Below, piece by piece: positions 25,081 to 35,933 of a stretch of 45,585 nt of DNA. The stretch comes from Candidatus Gottesmanbacteria bacterium RIFOXYB1_FULL_47_11. Its GTDB lineage: Bacteria > Patescibacteriota > Microgenomatia > UBA10105 > UBA927. The position numbers and the translations under genes were made by a program. The DNA is taken from contig MFKE01000019.1 in assembly GCA_001779455.1 (NCBI GenBank), positions 33,201-78,785 of the forward strand. Direction: 5' to 3'. A model generated the notes under the pieces. That model worked only from the letters and a program-made list of their open reading frames with translations. It was not told the origin of the DNA and ran no database searches. Each line of letters starts with the position of its first letter. The stretch's first letter is position 1.

Positions 25081-25385
25081 AAAAAGAAATAATAGTATGA
25101 CCACGATAAGATACTAAACACAAAAATTAGTACTGTGATAGTCCCTATTGTTGCGAAGCGATTTTTTTTTAAACAATACATAGCCAGAACGATTTCCAAC
25201 GCCGCAATAGCATATGTGACTCCCGAACGCCATGGATACGGCAAACGGTATCCTGATTGTTTAACGAACACAGAAGAGAGGACATTTATAATTCCACTAT
25301 CTTGAAAAATATCACGCATCATATGAACGCCAGATAAAAATAGAACAAAATATAGCCAATATCGTTGCACAGGTTTTAGTTTCAT
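25077..25385 (-). CDS. small membrane protein (102 aa, about 3 TM), hypothetical
   Basis: ORF track. Hydrophobic and AT-rich. It is tightly packed between the MFS gene and tsaD. Confidence 0.5.
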   Translation of the reverse strand: MKLKPVQRYWLYFVLFLSGVHMMRDIFQDSGIINVLSSVFVKQSGYRLPYPWRSGVTYAIAALEIVLAMYCLKKNRFATIGTITVLIFVFSILSWSYYYFFL

Positions 25386-25388
25386 AAA

Positions 25389-26543
25389 CTATGCTTTCTG
25401 CATTTGTTTTAATTTGAAATTGATATATAACACGGATAGCATGCAGAACTGAACGACAATTAAAGCATTGGCCGGTCCGTAGGCGTCGGCGATGATACCT
25501 AGTAGTGGCGCAAATATTGCAAAGAACACGCTGCCCAGAAAGGAATTTAATGATCCAAGGGTCGCCCGTTGTTCTTGGGTAAATTCGTTTTGCATAAGCG
25601 AGTTTTTGGCGACAGACGTCGCTCCGTAAAAAATTGATGAGGAAGACATTAGTACCGGTGAGAATAAAGTAGGGACTCCGTATGCGATAAAATTGGCAAC
25701 CCGCGTATATATATTTGCGATAATAAGCATATTATACGCACCGAGCCTCCGGATTATTTTACCGCTGAACCAGAAGCTGATAAACGCGCCGCCGTAGGAA
25801 ATCAATTTAGAAAATCCAATTGCCCAAAGCGGCCAGATTGTGCCGATAAATGCCGCTCCGAATTGAAACGCAGATTCGCCGATTCCGAAACCTAATATAT
25901 CCTGGAGACTGAGGAGCCGGAGAACTTTATTGTTCCATAGGTGCAATGCGGATATTTTAATGTGGGAAAAAATATTCGTGCTTTCCCTCGTCAACCGTTT
26001 TGGATTTGTAAGAAAGAGGGAAATAATCATGCATACTACCTGCGGCGCGACGGACGCCCACATGATGAGAGGGAAAGACCACTGAGCAGCGATGCTTCCG
26101 ATAACCGCGCCGATGGCGAGCGCACCCTGGAACATGGCGCTTGTTTTCCCTAAATAGTGGGCATACAAATCTTTTTTGCCTACCTGAGAGAGAGAATCAT
26201 GGAGAAACGCATCATTATTTCCGCTATACCAGGAACGGGATATTCCCTCAAGGATCGCTCCGGTAAACAGTATCCAATATGATTGACCGATCGCATAAAA
26301 AATTGCGGAAAGTGCTGCAAAAAAAGCACCGCAAAGCACTGTTCTTTTCCTTCCTATCAGATCAGAAAATACTCCTGTCGGAACTTCAAAAATTGCGTTG
26401 GCGGCCATAGTCACGGAAAATAAACTCATCGCCAGTGCGTATGATCCGGTTATTTGTGCAAAATAAATAACCAGGACAGCACTATGGAATTTTAAATCCG
26501 TAAAAAAATTAAACAGCGCAAGCAGTTTGATGTTCCGCTCCAT
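25389..26543 (-). CDS. MFS transporter
   Basis: About 12 hydrophobic segments and an MFS motif A-like sequence, GVFSDLIGRKR. Confidence 0.8.
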   Translation of the reverse strand: MERNIKLLALFNFFTDLKFHSAVLVIYFAQITGSYALAMSLFSVTMAANAIFEVPTGVFSDLIGRKRTVLCGAFFAALSAIFYAIGQSYWILFTGAILEGISRSWYSGNNDAFLHDSLSQVGKKDLYAHYLGKTSAMFQGALAIGAVIGSIAAQWSFPLIMWASVAPQVVCMIISLFLTNPKRLTRESTNIFSHIKISALHLWNNKVLRLLSLQDILGFGIGESAFQFGAAFIGTIWPLWAIGFSKLISYGGAFISFWFSGKIIRRLGAYNMLIIANIYTRVANFIAYGVPTLFSPVLMSSSSIFYGATSVAKNSLMQNEFTQEQRATLGSLNSFLGSVFFAIFAPLLGIIADAYGPANALIVVQFCMLSVLYINFKLKQMQKA

Positions 26544-26552
26544 GGAGTCATT

Positions 26553-26975
26553 TTATTCCAATCCGAGGAGCTTCGCCAGCTGGCTGGTTGAAGGGGTGCG
26601 GATTTTGGGTATTTCAATGAGCGTTGCACCGATTTCTTTTGCCTGTTGGGATTTTTTACCTTTTTGAGGGTCTCCTTCGGTAAGCGCGATAACGGCAGGG
26701 CGCATGGCGCGGACAAATTCGTAATAATCGCGGTCGCCGGCCATTGGGGGCAATGCAATCACTTCATCAACGAATGAGAGAGCTTCGAGCATCTCCTTAC
26801 GTTCCTTCTGTATATGAATGGGGCGCGTGTCGCCCTTCATCCGTCGTACGTTTTCATCGGATTCAAGCGCAACCACTAAATAATCTCCCGAGGATTTCGC
26901 TTGTTTGAGAAACGATATATGGCCGTAGTGTAAGAGATCGAAGCACCCGCCGACGAGGACAATTTTTTTTGTCAT
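26553..26975 (-). CDS. cytidylyltransferase-like nucleotidyltransferase (TagD / RfaE domain II / RibL-like)
   Basis: VLVGGCFDLLHYGHISFLKQAK, the (H/T)xGH motif. The start at 26975 (MTKKIV) overlaps the upstream stop (ATGA). Confidence 0.75.
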   Translation of the reverse strand: MTKKIVLVGGCFDLLHYGHISFLKQAKSSGDYLVVALESDENVRRMKGDTRPIHIQKERKEMLEALSFVDEVIALPPMAGDRDYYEFVRAMRPAVIALTEGDPQKGKKSQQAKEIGATLIEIPKIRTPSTSQLAKLLGLE

Positions 26976-28351
26976 AACGCTCCTTTTAAGTATACAGCCT
27001 GCCATGGTCGGTATGTGGATGAAAAAGTTTTTTTCTGAAGAGTTTCACCGGCGCGGATAACCGAATAATCAAACGAGGCTTTGGCTCCCCAGGCGGCAAA
27101 ATCCACCTGTTTCACCGTCCCCTTGGGCAGTGTCGGATCATCCTGATAGAGGTCCGGCGGCGGGGGAGCAACATCCCACAATTTTTGATTTGTGATGTAA
27201 GAAACTCTTCCGTCACTTGTGCCGTACAATAAAAACGTCAGGGACGGCACGGAGAGATTTATTTTAGTCTGGATAAGGATATAGCCGGGAGTGTCGTTGG
27301 TAAATTTCAGATCATATGTCGGACCAAAGACGGTTGCATCAAGCCCGGGTTTGTACCCGCCTTCTTCATAGTAATGCACGCGATATGCATGCGGGTGGCG
27401 TTCAACTATTGGGAGTCCAGCCGCCAAGGCGGCGCGGAAGAGGGTCGTACTTACCTGGCATACGCCGCCGCCGTCACCCAGCACCGTGCGGCCTTCTTTA
27501 ATAATGTAGGCAGACTGGTAGCCCGTGGCGGCCGAAATATCGCCGATTGCATCGTTAAACGAAAATGTTTCGCCGGGTTTTATGAGAATCCCGTTTAGGA
27601 GTGAGGCTGCCAGACGTACGTTGTGAATTCTCCCCGCGATGGATCCGCTGAATTCGGAATATCCGGTACCGATTAGTTGTTTGATGCCAAACGTATTGGC
27701 CCGGTCCGTAGTAATTGACGGGTAGACGGCCTCAATCGGTATAAGGACGGTAAGTCTCTGGGAGCCGGTTTTTGCGGCAGAAAAGAATGCTTCGTAAATT
27801 CTTTTTTCCGCTTCGGTCCTGTTGAGTCGCCTTCCTTCTTTGGACGGGCGAAATGCTTTCACCTTCCCATTTTCAAATTGGAACAGCGCCTCATCCGCAG
27901 GTGCGTCTACATGTTTTCCGATCGTATCAAGAGCTGTCCTGATGCGGTCGGTGTTCCACCGGAAATATGGCTGAAGGTTCACGTTCGTTTGAGTGAGCTT
28001 GGTGACAACATTGCTTATTCGAGAAGGCGATCTGCCGACGAGATATGCCTGTGTGGCCGAAAGCGTGGCATCATATCCAAGATCCAAATCCGTGCCGGAA
28101 ATGGTGGCGATGGCGCCGTCGTAACTGAGTTCAAGCTGTGTACTTGAAAACACCGTGTTTCTCGTCAGCCAATACGTCTTCACTTCCTCAGGAGTTTGAC
28201 CGGAAAATGAGATGGTATCGATAGATACATGCGGGTATACACGGCCTTTATAGCGGCGTTCAAATGCCCAACATACAATCACTATAGTTGCGCACACAAT
28301 AAGGGCTGCATATATGGCGAAGGTTTTCGTCTTGTGCTTTACCGGGTGCAT
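26972..28351 (-). CDS. VanW-family protein with an N-terminal TM anchor
   Basis: ETFSFNDAIGDIS...GGGVCQVSTTLFRAALAAGLPIVERHPH is the VanW core. The C-terminus is a G5-like beta domain. Confidence 0.8.
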   Translation of the reverse strand: MHPVKHKTKTFAIYAALIVCATIVIVCWAFERRYKGRVYPHVSIDTISFSGQTPEEVKTYWLTRNTVFSSTQLELSYDGAIATISGTDLDLGYDATLSATQAYLVGRSPSRISNVVTKLTQTNVNLQPYFRWNTDRIRTALDTIGKHVDAPADEALFQFENGKVKAFRPSKEGRRLNRTEAEKRIYEAFFSAAKTGSQRLTVLIPIEAVYPSITTDRANTFGIKQLIGTGYSEFSGSIAGRIHNVRLAASLLNGILIKPGETFSFNDAIGDISAATGYQSAYIIKEGRTVLGDGGGVCQVSTTLFRAALAAGLPIVERHPHAYRVHYYEEGGYKPGLDATVFGPTYDLKFTNDTPGYILIQTKINLSVPSLTFLLYGTSDGRVSYITNQKLWDVAPPPPDLYQDDPTLPKGTVKQVDFAAWGAKASFDYSVIRAGETLQKKTFSSTYRPWQAVYLKGAL

Positions 28352-28383
28352 GATATGATAATTATACCGAATATTTTTTATTT

Positions 28384-30090
28384 ATGGACGACCTGTTGCC
28401 CTCGCCAACTCCATCTTCCGATTCCGGTGATCCACTATCACCATCTCCAACCTCCCCGGCACTTCCGGCGGAGTCTTCGGTGAAGCCGATTTTAGAACCT
28501 CCCATGCCTGCTGCGCCCCCTGCGCAGGACTTGCCCAATCAGGATCAGGTAGCCGTAGATGTTCCGGAAAATCCTCCGCAGGATTGGGGTATAGGTGCGG
28601 TACCGGCCGCGCCGACCCCGGAATCGACTGCACCCGTACCGGAACCGGCCGCTCCGTCACCGGGCGCAATGGGCGGGGAAACACTCGTTATTCCGCCGAC
28701 AGAAGCTCCAAATAATCCGTTTATTCCGCAGGAAAATGCGCCTGCGGCCGGGCCGACAACTTCCGGCAAAAAACCCTTCGGGAAGCGGATTCTGTCCCTA
28801 CTTATGATAATCATTGTACTGGCTCTTCTTGCGGGAGTAGGATATTTCGTGTATGGAAAGTTTTTCGCGCCATCTGCAAAAGGGGCGACACTCGTCTATT
28901 GGGGCCTATGGGAGACAAGTGCGGTTACACAAGGAGTGATTGCGGACTTCCAAGCAGCAAACCCGAATATTAAAGTCGAATATGTCAAACAATCGCCACG
29001 TCAATACCGTGAGCGTCTGCAGGCTGCAATCGCCCGGGGAGATGGGCCGGACGTGTTTGAATTTCATAATACCTGGGTGCCGATGTTCCGGAATGAACTT
29101 ATGGCCGCGCCGCCCGACATTATGACGCCCGCCGAGTTTAGTACGATATTTTATCCGGTGGCCTCAGCGGATCTGGTCGGCGGATCGTCCGTATACGGGA
29201 TGCCCATGATGTTTGACGGTTTGGCTCTCTATTACAATACGGATCTTTTGTCGGCGGCAGGCGTTAATCCGCCGACAACCTGGCCGGAGATGTTGGAAGT
29301 TGTCCCCAAGCTTACGGTTAAAACCGATACGCAAATACAAAAATCCGCAATTGCACTTGGCACGACCGGCAATATTGAGCACTTCAGCGACATTATTGCC
29401 CTTATGATGATGCAGGATGGCGCCCGGTTGATCGCTCCGACCGGCAAAGAAGCGGAAGAGACACTGTTATTTTACCGTAAATTTTCCAATCCGTCCGATC
29501 CGGTATATACATGGAATGACGCGATGGATAATTCCGTCTATGCGTTTGCCACTGGTAAGGTCGCCATGATACTTGCCCCGTCGTGGCGGGTATTTGACGT
29601 GAAGCAAATTAACCCGTCAATCAACTTCAGAACTGGACCCGTTCCGCAATTGCCGGGTAATACCGTCAACTGGGCAAGTTATTGGGTTGAGGGAGTATCG
29701 ACCAAATCCAAAGACCCAACTGCAGCTTGGACATTCGTCAAGTATCTGACGAGTAGCGATGCAGTGATGAAGCTATACGAAGAAGCATCCAAAACGCGGT
29801 TGTTCGGAGAGCCGTATGCACGGGTGGAATTGGGAGCAACACTCGCGGAAGATCCCTATGTCGGTGCGTACATGAAGGGCGCACCGACTGCCAAGTCATT
29901 TCCATTGGCATCGCGCACGTTTGACAACGGATTAAATGACAAATTGATTCAATATCTGACTGACGCGGTGAATGCTGTGGGTGCGGGGACTGCTCCGCAA
30001 CAAGCGCTTGAAACCATGTCACAGGGATTTGCTCAAGTTTTAGGAGACTACGGATTATCAGTCGGAGCTGCCCCGGCAACAACTCCATAG
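28384..30090 (+). CDS. extracellular solute-binding protein (ABC family 1 sugar-binding type), TM-anchored, with a roughly 145-aa Pro-rich N-terminal tail
   Basis: TLVYWGLWE...ANPNIKVEYV...GDGPDVFEFHNTWVPMF is typical of the SBP_bac_1/8 type. The TM helix is ILSLLMIIIVLALLAGVGYFVY. No permease or ATPase genes are adjacent. Confidence 0.8.
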   Translation: MDDLLPSPTPSSDSGDPLSPSPTSPALPAESSVKPILEPPMPAAPPAQDLPNQDQVAVDVPENPPQDWGIGAVPAAPTPESTAPVPEPAAPSPGAMGGETLVIPPTEAPNNPFIPQENAPAAGPTTSGKKPFGKRILSLLMIIIVLALLAGVGYFVYGKFFAPSAKGATLVYWGLWETSAVTQGVIADFQAANPNIKVEYVKQSPRQYRERLQAAIARGDGPDVFEFHNTWVPMFRNELMAAPPDIMTPAEFSTIFYPVASADLVGGSSVYGMPMMFDGLALYYNTDLLSAAGVNPPTTWPEMLEVVPKLTVKTDTQIQKSAIALGTTGNIEHFSDIIALMMMQDGARLIAPTGKEAEETLLFYRKFSNPSDPVYTWNDAMDNSVYAFATGKVAMILAPSWRVFDVKQINPSINFRTGPVPQLPGNTVNWASYWVEGVSTKSKDPTAAWTFVKYLTSSDAVMKLYEEASKTRLFGEPYARVELGATLAEDPYVGAYMKGAPTAKSFPLASRTFDNGLNDKLIQYLTDAVNAVGAGTAPQQALETMSQGFAQVLGDYGLSVGAAPATTP

Positions 30091-30091
30091 C

Positions 30092-30937
30092 ATGGACGAT
30101 GCGGCGATTGCTACTATCGCATACGCAGATGTGTTTGACTATCCGCTTAGGCGCGATGAACTGGTCCGATGGATGATGTTTGACGGAAAGGTTCCGAAAC
30201 AAGAAAAGCGTTTTTATTATTTACCCGGGCGGACTCATCTCATTGCGATACGGCGTAAGCGGGCAAAGTGGCAACAGGAGAAATGGAGTATTGCCGAGCG
30301 CGTAGCTAGGATATTGTCAATAATTCCCACTCTGCAGCTTATCGGTGTTACCGGCGGGCTTGCGATGGATAATGCCGGCCAACAGGACGATGTCGATTTG
30401 TTTTTTATAGTTTCTGACGGCACTTTATGGGTAAGCCGGTTGTTGGCAACGGTATTGATTGAGTTGTTGGGGATACGCCGGAGGCCAAATGATACCTCGG
30501 TAGCCAACAAAGTGTGTCTCAATATGTTTATGACGGAATGCGGCCTAGCGATTTCTATGGGAGAACGTGATTGTTTTTCGGCACACGAAGTCTTGCAGAT
30601 GCGGCCCCTGTGGGAACGGGGAAATATATATAAAAGATTTTTGAAAGCAAACGGATGGGTGAAGATGTACTTACCGAATGCGTGGAAGGAAAGAGGGAAT
30701 AGTAAATGGTTACCGGTACACAGGAAGGATCAATCAAATATTCTATTTTCTATTCTCGAACCTTTTGCGAAAAAAGCGCAGCTTTGGTATATGAAAAAGC
30801 ACCGCACAAATGAGGTAATCAGCGATACAACTCTCCGTTTTCATCCCAATGATGCACGCCTTTGGATCAAACGAAAGCTTGCCGCGCGCCTGGCACGGTA
30901 TCATATCCCCCTTGACAAGATTTTCTACGCAAGCTAA
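30092..30937 (+). CDS. hypothetical protein with a pol-beta-like nucleotidyltransferase motif
   Basis: GVTGGLAMDNAGQQDDVDLFF fits hG[GS]x9-13Dh[DE]h. The start lies 1 nt after the SBP stop. Confidence 0.5.
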   Translation: MDDAAIATIAYADVFDYPLRRDELVRWMMFDGKVPKQEKRFYYLPGRTHLIAIRRKRAKWQQEKWSIAERVARILSIIPTLQLIGVTGGLAMDNAGQQDDVDLFFIVSDGTLWVSRLLATVLIELLGIRRRPNDTSVANKVCLNMFMTECGLAISMGERDCFSAHEVLQMRPLWERGNIYKRFLKANGWVKMYLPNAWKERGNSKWLPVHRKDQSNILFSILEPFAKKAQLWYMKKHRTNEVISDTTLRFHPNDARLWIKRKLAARLARYHIPLDKIFYAS

Positions 30938-30940
30938 AAT
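30912..30940 (+). promoter_or_regulatory. sigma70-type promoter TTGACA-N17-TAAAAT for groES-groEL
   Basis: The -35 TTGACA is at 30912..30917. The spacer is exactly 17 nt. The -10 TAAAAT is at 30935..30940. It lies within the last codons of the upstream CDS and includes its stop. Confidence 0.65.
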
Positions 30941-30965
30941 AGCACTCATCGTAAAAGAGTGATAA
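30939..30965 (+). promoter_or_regulatory. CIRCE element (HrcA operator)
   Basis: ATAGCACTC-N9-GAGTGATAA compared with the consensus TTAGCACTC-N9-GAGTGCTAA. There are 2 mismatches and the 9-nt spacer is correct. It sits directly after the -10 and upstream of groES. Confidence 0.7.
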
Positions 30966-30976
30966 AAGGAGGACCC

Positions 30977-32966
<1,990 letters not shown>

Positions 32967-32993
32967 ATGAGTAAATAGATAATATAAAACAAG

Positions 32994-33020
32994 AAGCCCT
33001 CGAGTCATCGGGGGCTTTTT
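32994..33020 (+). terminator. intrinsic terminator after groEL
   Basis: A 9-bp stem, AAGCCCTCG/CGGGGGCTT (one G-U), with loop AGTCAT, running into a T5 tract. Confidence 0.7.
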
Positions 33021-33034
33021 GGTATAGTAAGTCC

Positions 33035-33661
33035 ATGCAGAAACAATCACTTGGTTCTATGGTTTGTGTTTTTTTGGTTATTATGATCGTTTGGGCCGGA
33101 TACCGGTATTTTTTTATTCTACCGGAATGGGCTGATGAATTTATCGTAAAACCGCTTATTTATTTGCTACCGCTTCTTATAGTCAAAAATTCGTTTGCTG
33201 GATTAGGCATTACAAAAAACAAATTTTGGTTCTATGTACTATTAGGATTAGGCCTCGGTATACTTTTTTTGATTGAATCCATATTGGTGAAATTTTTTAA
33301 GTACGGAGCTATTCAGATGTTGACGGTATCTCCATCGGGCTTACTTTTTAATCTCTGTATTGCGCTGGCAACGGGTTTTACAGAAGAAACAGTATTCCGG
33401 GGATATTTTTTTCAACGATTCATGGGGGTTTTTACAAATGAGATGTTAGCAAACATTATTAGTTCATTTATGTTTACCATTATCCATTTGCCTTTAGCGA
33501 TATTTTCACTTCATTATTCTGGCAAAGATTTATTTATGTATTGTGTGCAAATTTATGCACTGGGGACTATTTTTGCATTCGTTTTCGCACGCGTTAAAAG
33601 CATCATTCCGACTAGCATTGCTCATGCTATCTGGAATTTTTCTAATGTGTTTATTAAATAA
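33035..33661 (+). CDS. CPBP-family intramembrane glutamic endopeptidase (CAAX protease / Abi-like)
   Basis: Motifs EETVFRGYFF, FTIIHL and HAIWNF on a polytopic membrane protein. Confidence 0.8.
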   Translation: MQKQSLGSMVCVFLVIMIVWAGYRYFFILPEWADEFIVKPLIYLLPLLIVKNSFAGLGITKNKFWFYVLLGLGLGILFLIESILVKFFKYGAIQMLTVSPSGLLFNLCIALATGFTEETVFRGYFFQRFMGVFTNEMLANIISSFMFTIIHLPLAIFSLHYSGKDLFMYCVQIYALGTIFAFVFARVKSIIPTSIAHAIWNFSNVFIK

Positions 33662-33664
33662 TTT

Positions 33665-34105
33665 ATGCTTAAACATTTTTCCGCGACGGTGTATGCGGTG
33701 AGAGTAATGGGTGGAGAGCCGAAGGTGCTTTTGCATCTGCATAAAAAACATAACAATTGGTATGGACTCGGGGGACACGTAGAAAGCGATGAGGATCCCA
33801 TGGCAGCAGCAATCCGTGAGGTCAAGGAAGAGGCCGGGATTAATATAACAATTCTCCCGTCAAAAAAATTACATCATTTCAAACACGCGGATGAAGTGAC
33901 TCCGCCACTTTTTATTTTTGATCAGGAGATAGACGGCACTCATCGGCATATCGATTGTATATATGTCGGAACGAGCAAAGATAAAGTGAAGATGCTAGAG
34001 CAGTATAAATGGTTTTCCATGGGTGACTTAGATTCAGTGGACCTGCAGGAAGATACGCGGTATATTGCAAAAGAAGCGATTACTTATTTTAAAAATCATA
34101 TATGA
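33665..34105 (+). CDS. NUDIX hydrolase
   Basis: Nudix box GGHVESDEDPMAAAIREVKEEAGI. Confidence 0.8.
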   Translation: MLKHFSATVYAVRVMGGEPKVLLHLHKKHNNWYGLGGHVESDEDPMAAAIREVKEEAGINITILPSKKLHHFKHADEVTPPLFIFDQEIDGTHRHIDCIYVGTSKDKVKMLEQYKWFSMGDLDSVDLQEDTRYIAKEAITYFKNHI

Positions 34106-34986
34106 AGCAATTTTATTTGGCGGAAATTGTGACGAAAGACAAACTCATTCACGAGGGTATTTATTATGAACCCAAGAATAAAGAGAAGAGGGCGCTTCTC
34201 TGGATGCACGGCTTGAGCGCCTCCTTTCATAGCGGTGTGAGTCTATACGAAGCAGTCGCTTCCGCTGTGGAGAAACAAGGGTGGGGATTTGCACTATTTA
34301 ATAACCGGGGACATGATCTGATTGCAGGTGTCCGCAAGAAGGACGGCACGCCGCCATACGGGTATTCTTATTATCAGGCCGGGGCCGGACAGGAAATATT
34401 TGAAGAAAGTGTATTGGATATCGACGCGGGGATAGATTTTTTGGTGAAGAAGGGTTACTCGGAAATAGTGCTTGTCGGTCACAGCACCGGCGCCAACAAA
34501 GCCTGCTACTACGCTGCGACACAGAAGAATCCGCATGTTATCGGTGTCGTGTTGTCCGGCCCGATGAGCGACCGGCTGCATGGGATTACAGACTGGGAAA
34601 AGTTTAGGAAAGACCTTGTGTACATGCATAAACTGGCGGATGTTGGGAGAGGCAATGAGCTTCTTTTGGGGTATTTCTTTTTCCCGATTACACCGAAGCG
34701 GTTTCTCAGTTTATTTGAACCACAATCAAGTGAAGACGTGTTTGATTATGGGGAACCGAAACCGAGACTCAAATATTTTTCCCGAATTACCCTTCCGCTT
34801 CTTGTACATTTAGCCGGGAAAGATGAGGGTGCAGATCGGCCGATAGAAGAAATTCAAAAAGCCTTTGATGTGCAGTCAAAATCTCCGAAATATAAAAGCG
34901 TGATTATCCCGGGCGCTCTTCACCGGTTTACCGGTCATGAGCGGGAGGCCGTCGCCGCCATTGTCGACTGGGTAAAAACGATTTAA
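34102..34986 (+). CDS. alpha/beta-fold hydrolase
   Basis: Nucleophile elbow LVGHSTGA. There is an ATGA overlap with the NUDIX gene. Confidence 0.7.
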   Translation: MKQFYLAEIVTKDKLIHEGIYYEPKNKEKRALLWMHGLSASFHSGVSLYEAVASAVEKQGWGFALFNNRGHDLIAGVRKKDGTPPYGYSYYQAGAGQEIFEESVLDIDAGIDFLVKKGYSEIVLVGHSTGANKACYYAATQKNPHVIGVVLSGPMSDRLHGITDWEKFRKDLVYMHKLADVGRGNELLLGYFFFPITPKRFLSLFEPQSSEDVFDYGEPKPRLKYFSRITLPLLVHLAGKDEGADRPIEEIQKAFDVQSKSPKYKSVIIPGALHRFTGHEREAVAAIVDWVKTI

Positions 34987-35033
34987 CGTTTGAGTTGCTG
35001 CGGATTGACCCTCTGTGCTATGATCGTATTGTA

Positions 35034-35930
35034 ATGAAGCGCAAAATCCTCTTTTTAGTCGGTTTAGTCGGACTCGTCATTGTGGTTGCATTGGTAGTGA
35101 AAACCCTGACGAACCGCAGTCCAAAACAGGGAGAGCTTCGGGTCGACAGCTCACCGGCCGCGTCAATATTCTTGAACAACAAAAATATTGGCAGAAGCCC
35201 ATTTACGGACAAAGTAACCGCGGGTTCCTACACCCTCAAACTTGTTCCGGATTCGGTATCCACACAACTTTCCCCATGGGAAGGTCAGATTGTCGTCGGA
35301 CAAAATGTTCTCACATATGTAAACGCGACCCTGGCCCAGTCAGAACTCACGACCGCTGTGGACATCTTGTGGCTTGAAAAGATTTCTAGTAAAAACTCTG
35401 AGCTTTCGGTGACCACGACTCCTGACGGCGCAACCGTGATGGTGGACGATGCAACCCGCGGGATTACACCGCTGACTCTTGCGGATATTACCCCGGGCGA
35501 TCACACGGTGACGATTACCAGCGTCGGGTTTCTTACCCGTACACTGAAGGTGAAGTTAACTGCCGGTTACCGGCTCATCGTGACCATGAGGATGGGACTT
35601 GCCCCCGGCGGGCAGGCGCCTGTTGCGAGCCCGACGGCTGCCCTGACTCTCACCGGCAGCGTGACCCCTACGCCAAAGACGGCAACATCTTCAGCCACCG
35701 CTCCGGATCCGGCGAAACCGTTTATCACCATTAAAGATACGCCGACAGGATTTTTGCGTGTCCGCATGGAAGCCGGAACCAGCGCTACGGAAGCCGGACG
35801 CGTGAATCCGGGCGATAAGTTTACGATTCTGGAAACCCACACGGTGAGCGACACCCCCTGGTACCAGATTAAATATGACGGGACAAATACCGGTTGGGTG
35901 AGCGGACAATACACCACGAAGACGGAATAA
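35034..35930 (+). CDS. TM-anchored PEGA-domain / SH3b-domain surface protein
   Basis: Two PEGA-like repeats (LRVDSSPAASIFLNNKNIGRSPF and LSVTTTPDGATVMVDDATRGITPL), a Thr/Pro linker and a C-terminal SH3b-like segment (FLRVRMEAGTSA...WYQIKYDGTNTGWVSGQY). The track start at 34995 is TTG. I prefer ATG 35034 (MKRKILF). Confidence 0.7.
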   Translation: MKRKILFLVGLVGLVIVVALVVKTLTNRSPKQGELRVDSSPAASIFLNNKNIGRSPFTDKVTAGSYTLKLVPDSVSTQLSPWEGQIVVGQNVLTYVNATLAQSELTTAVDILWLEKISSKNSELSVTTTPDGATVMVDDATRGITPLTLADITPGDHTVTITSVGFLTRTLKVKLTAGYRLIVTMRMGLAPGGQAPVASPTAALTLTGSVTPTPKTATSSATAPDPAKPFITIKDTPTGFLRVRMEAGTSATEAGRVNPGDKFTILETHTVSDTPWYQIKYDGTNTGWVSGQYTTKTE

Positions 35931-35933
35931 CCC

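Noticed and set aside
28382-28814. Minus-strand ORFs (100 and 89 aa) opposite the Pro-rich start of the SBP gene
   Set aside because: They are generated by the GC-rich, CCN-repeat-like coding sequence of the Pro-rich tail. They have no start context or domain features.
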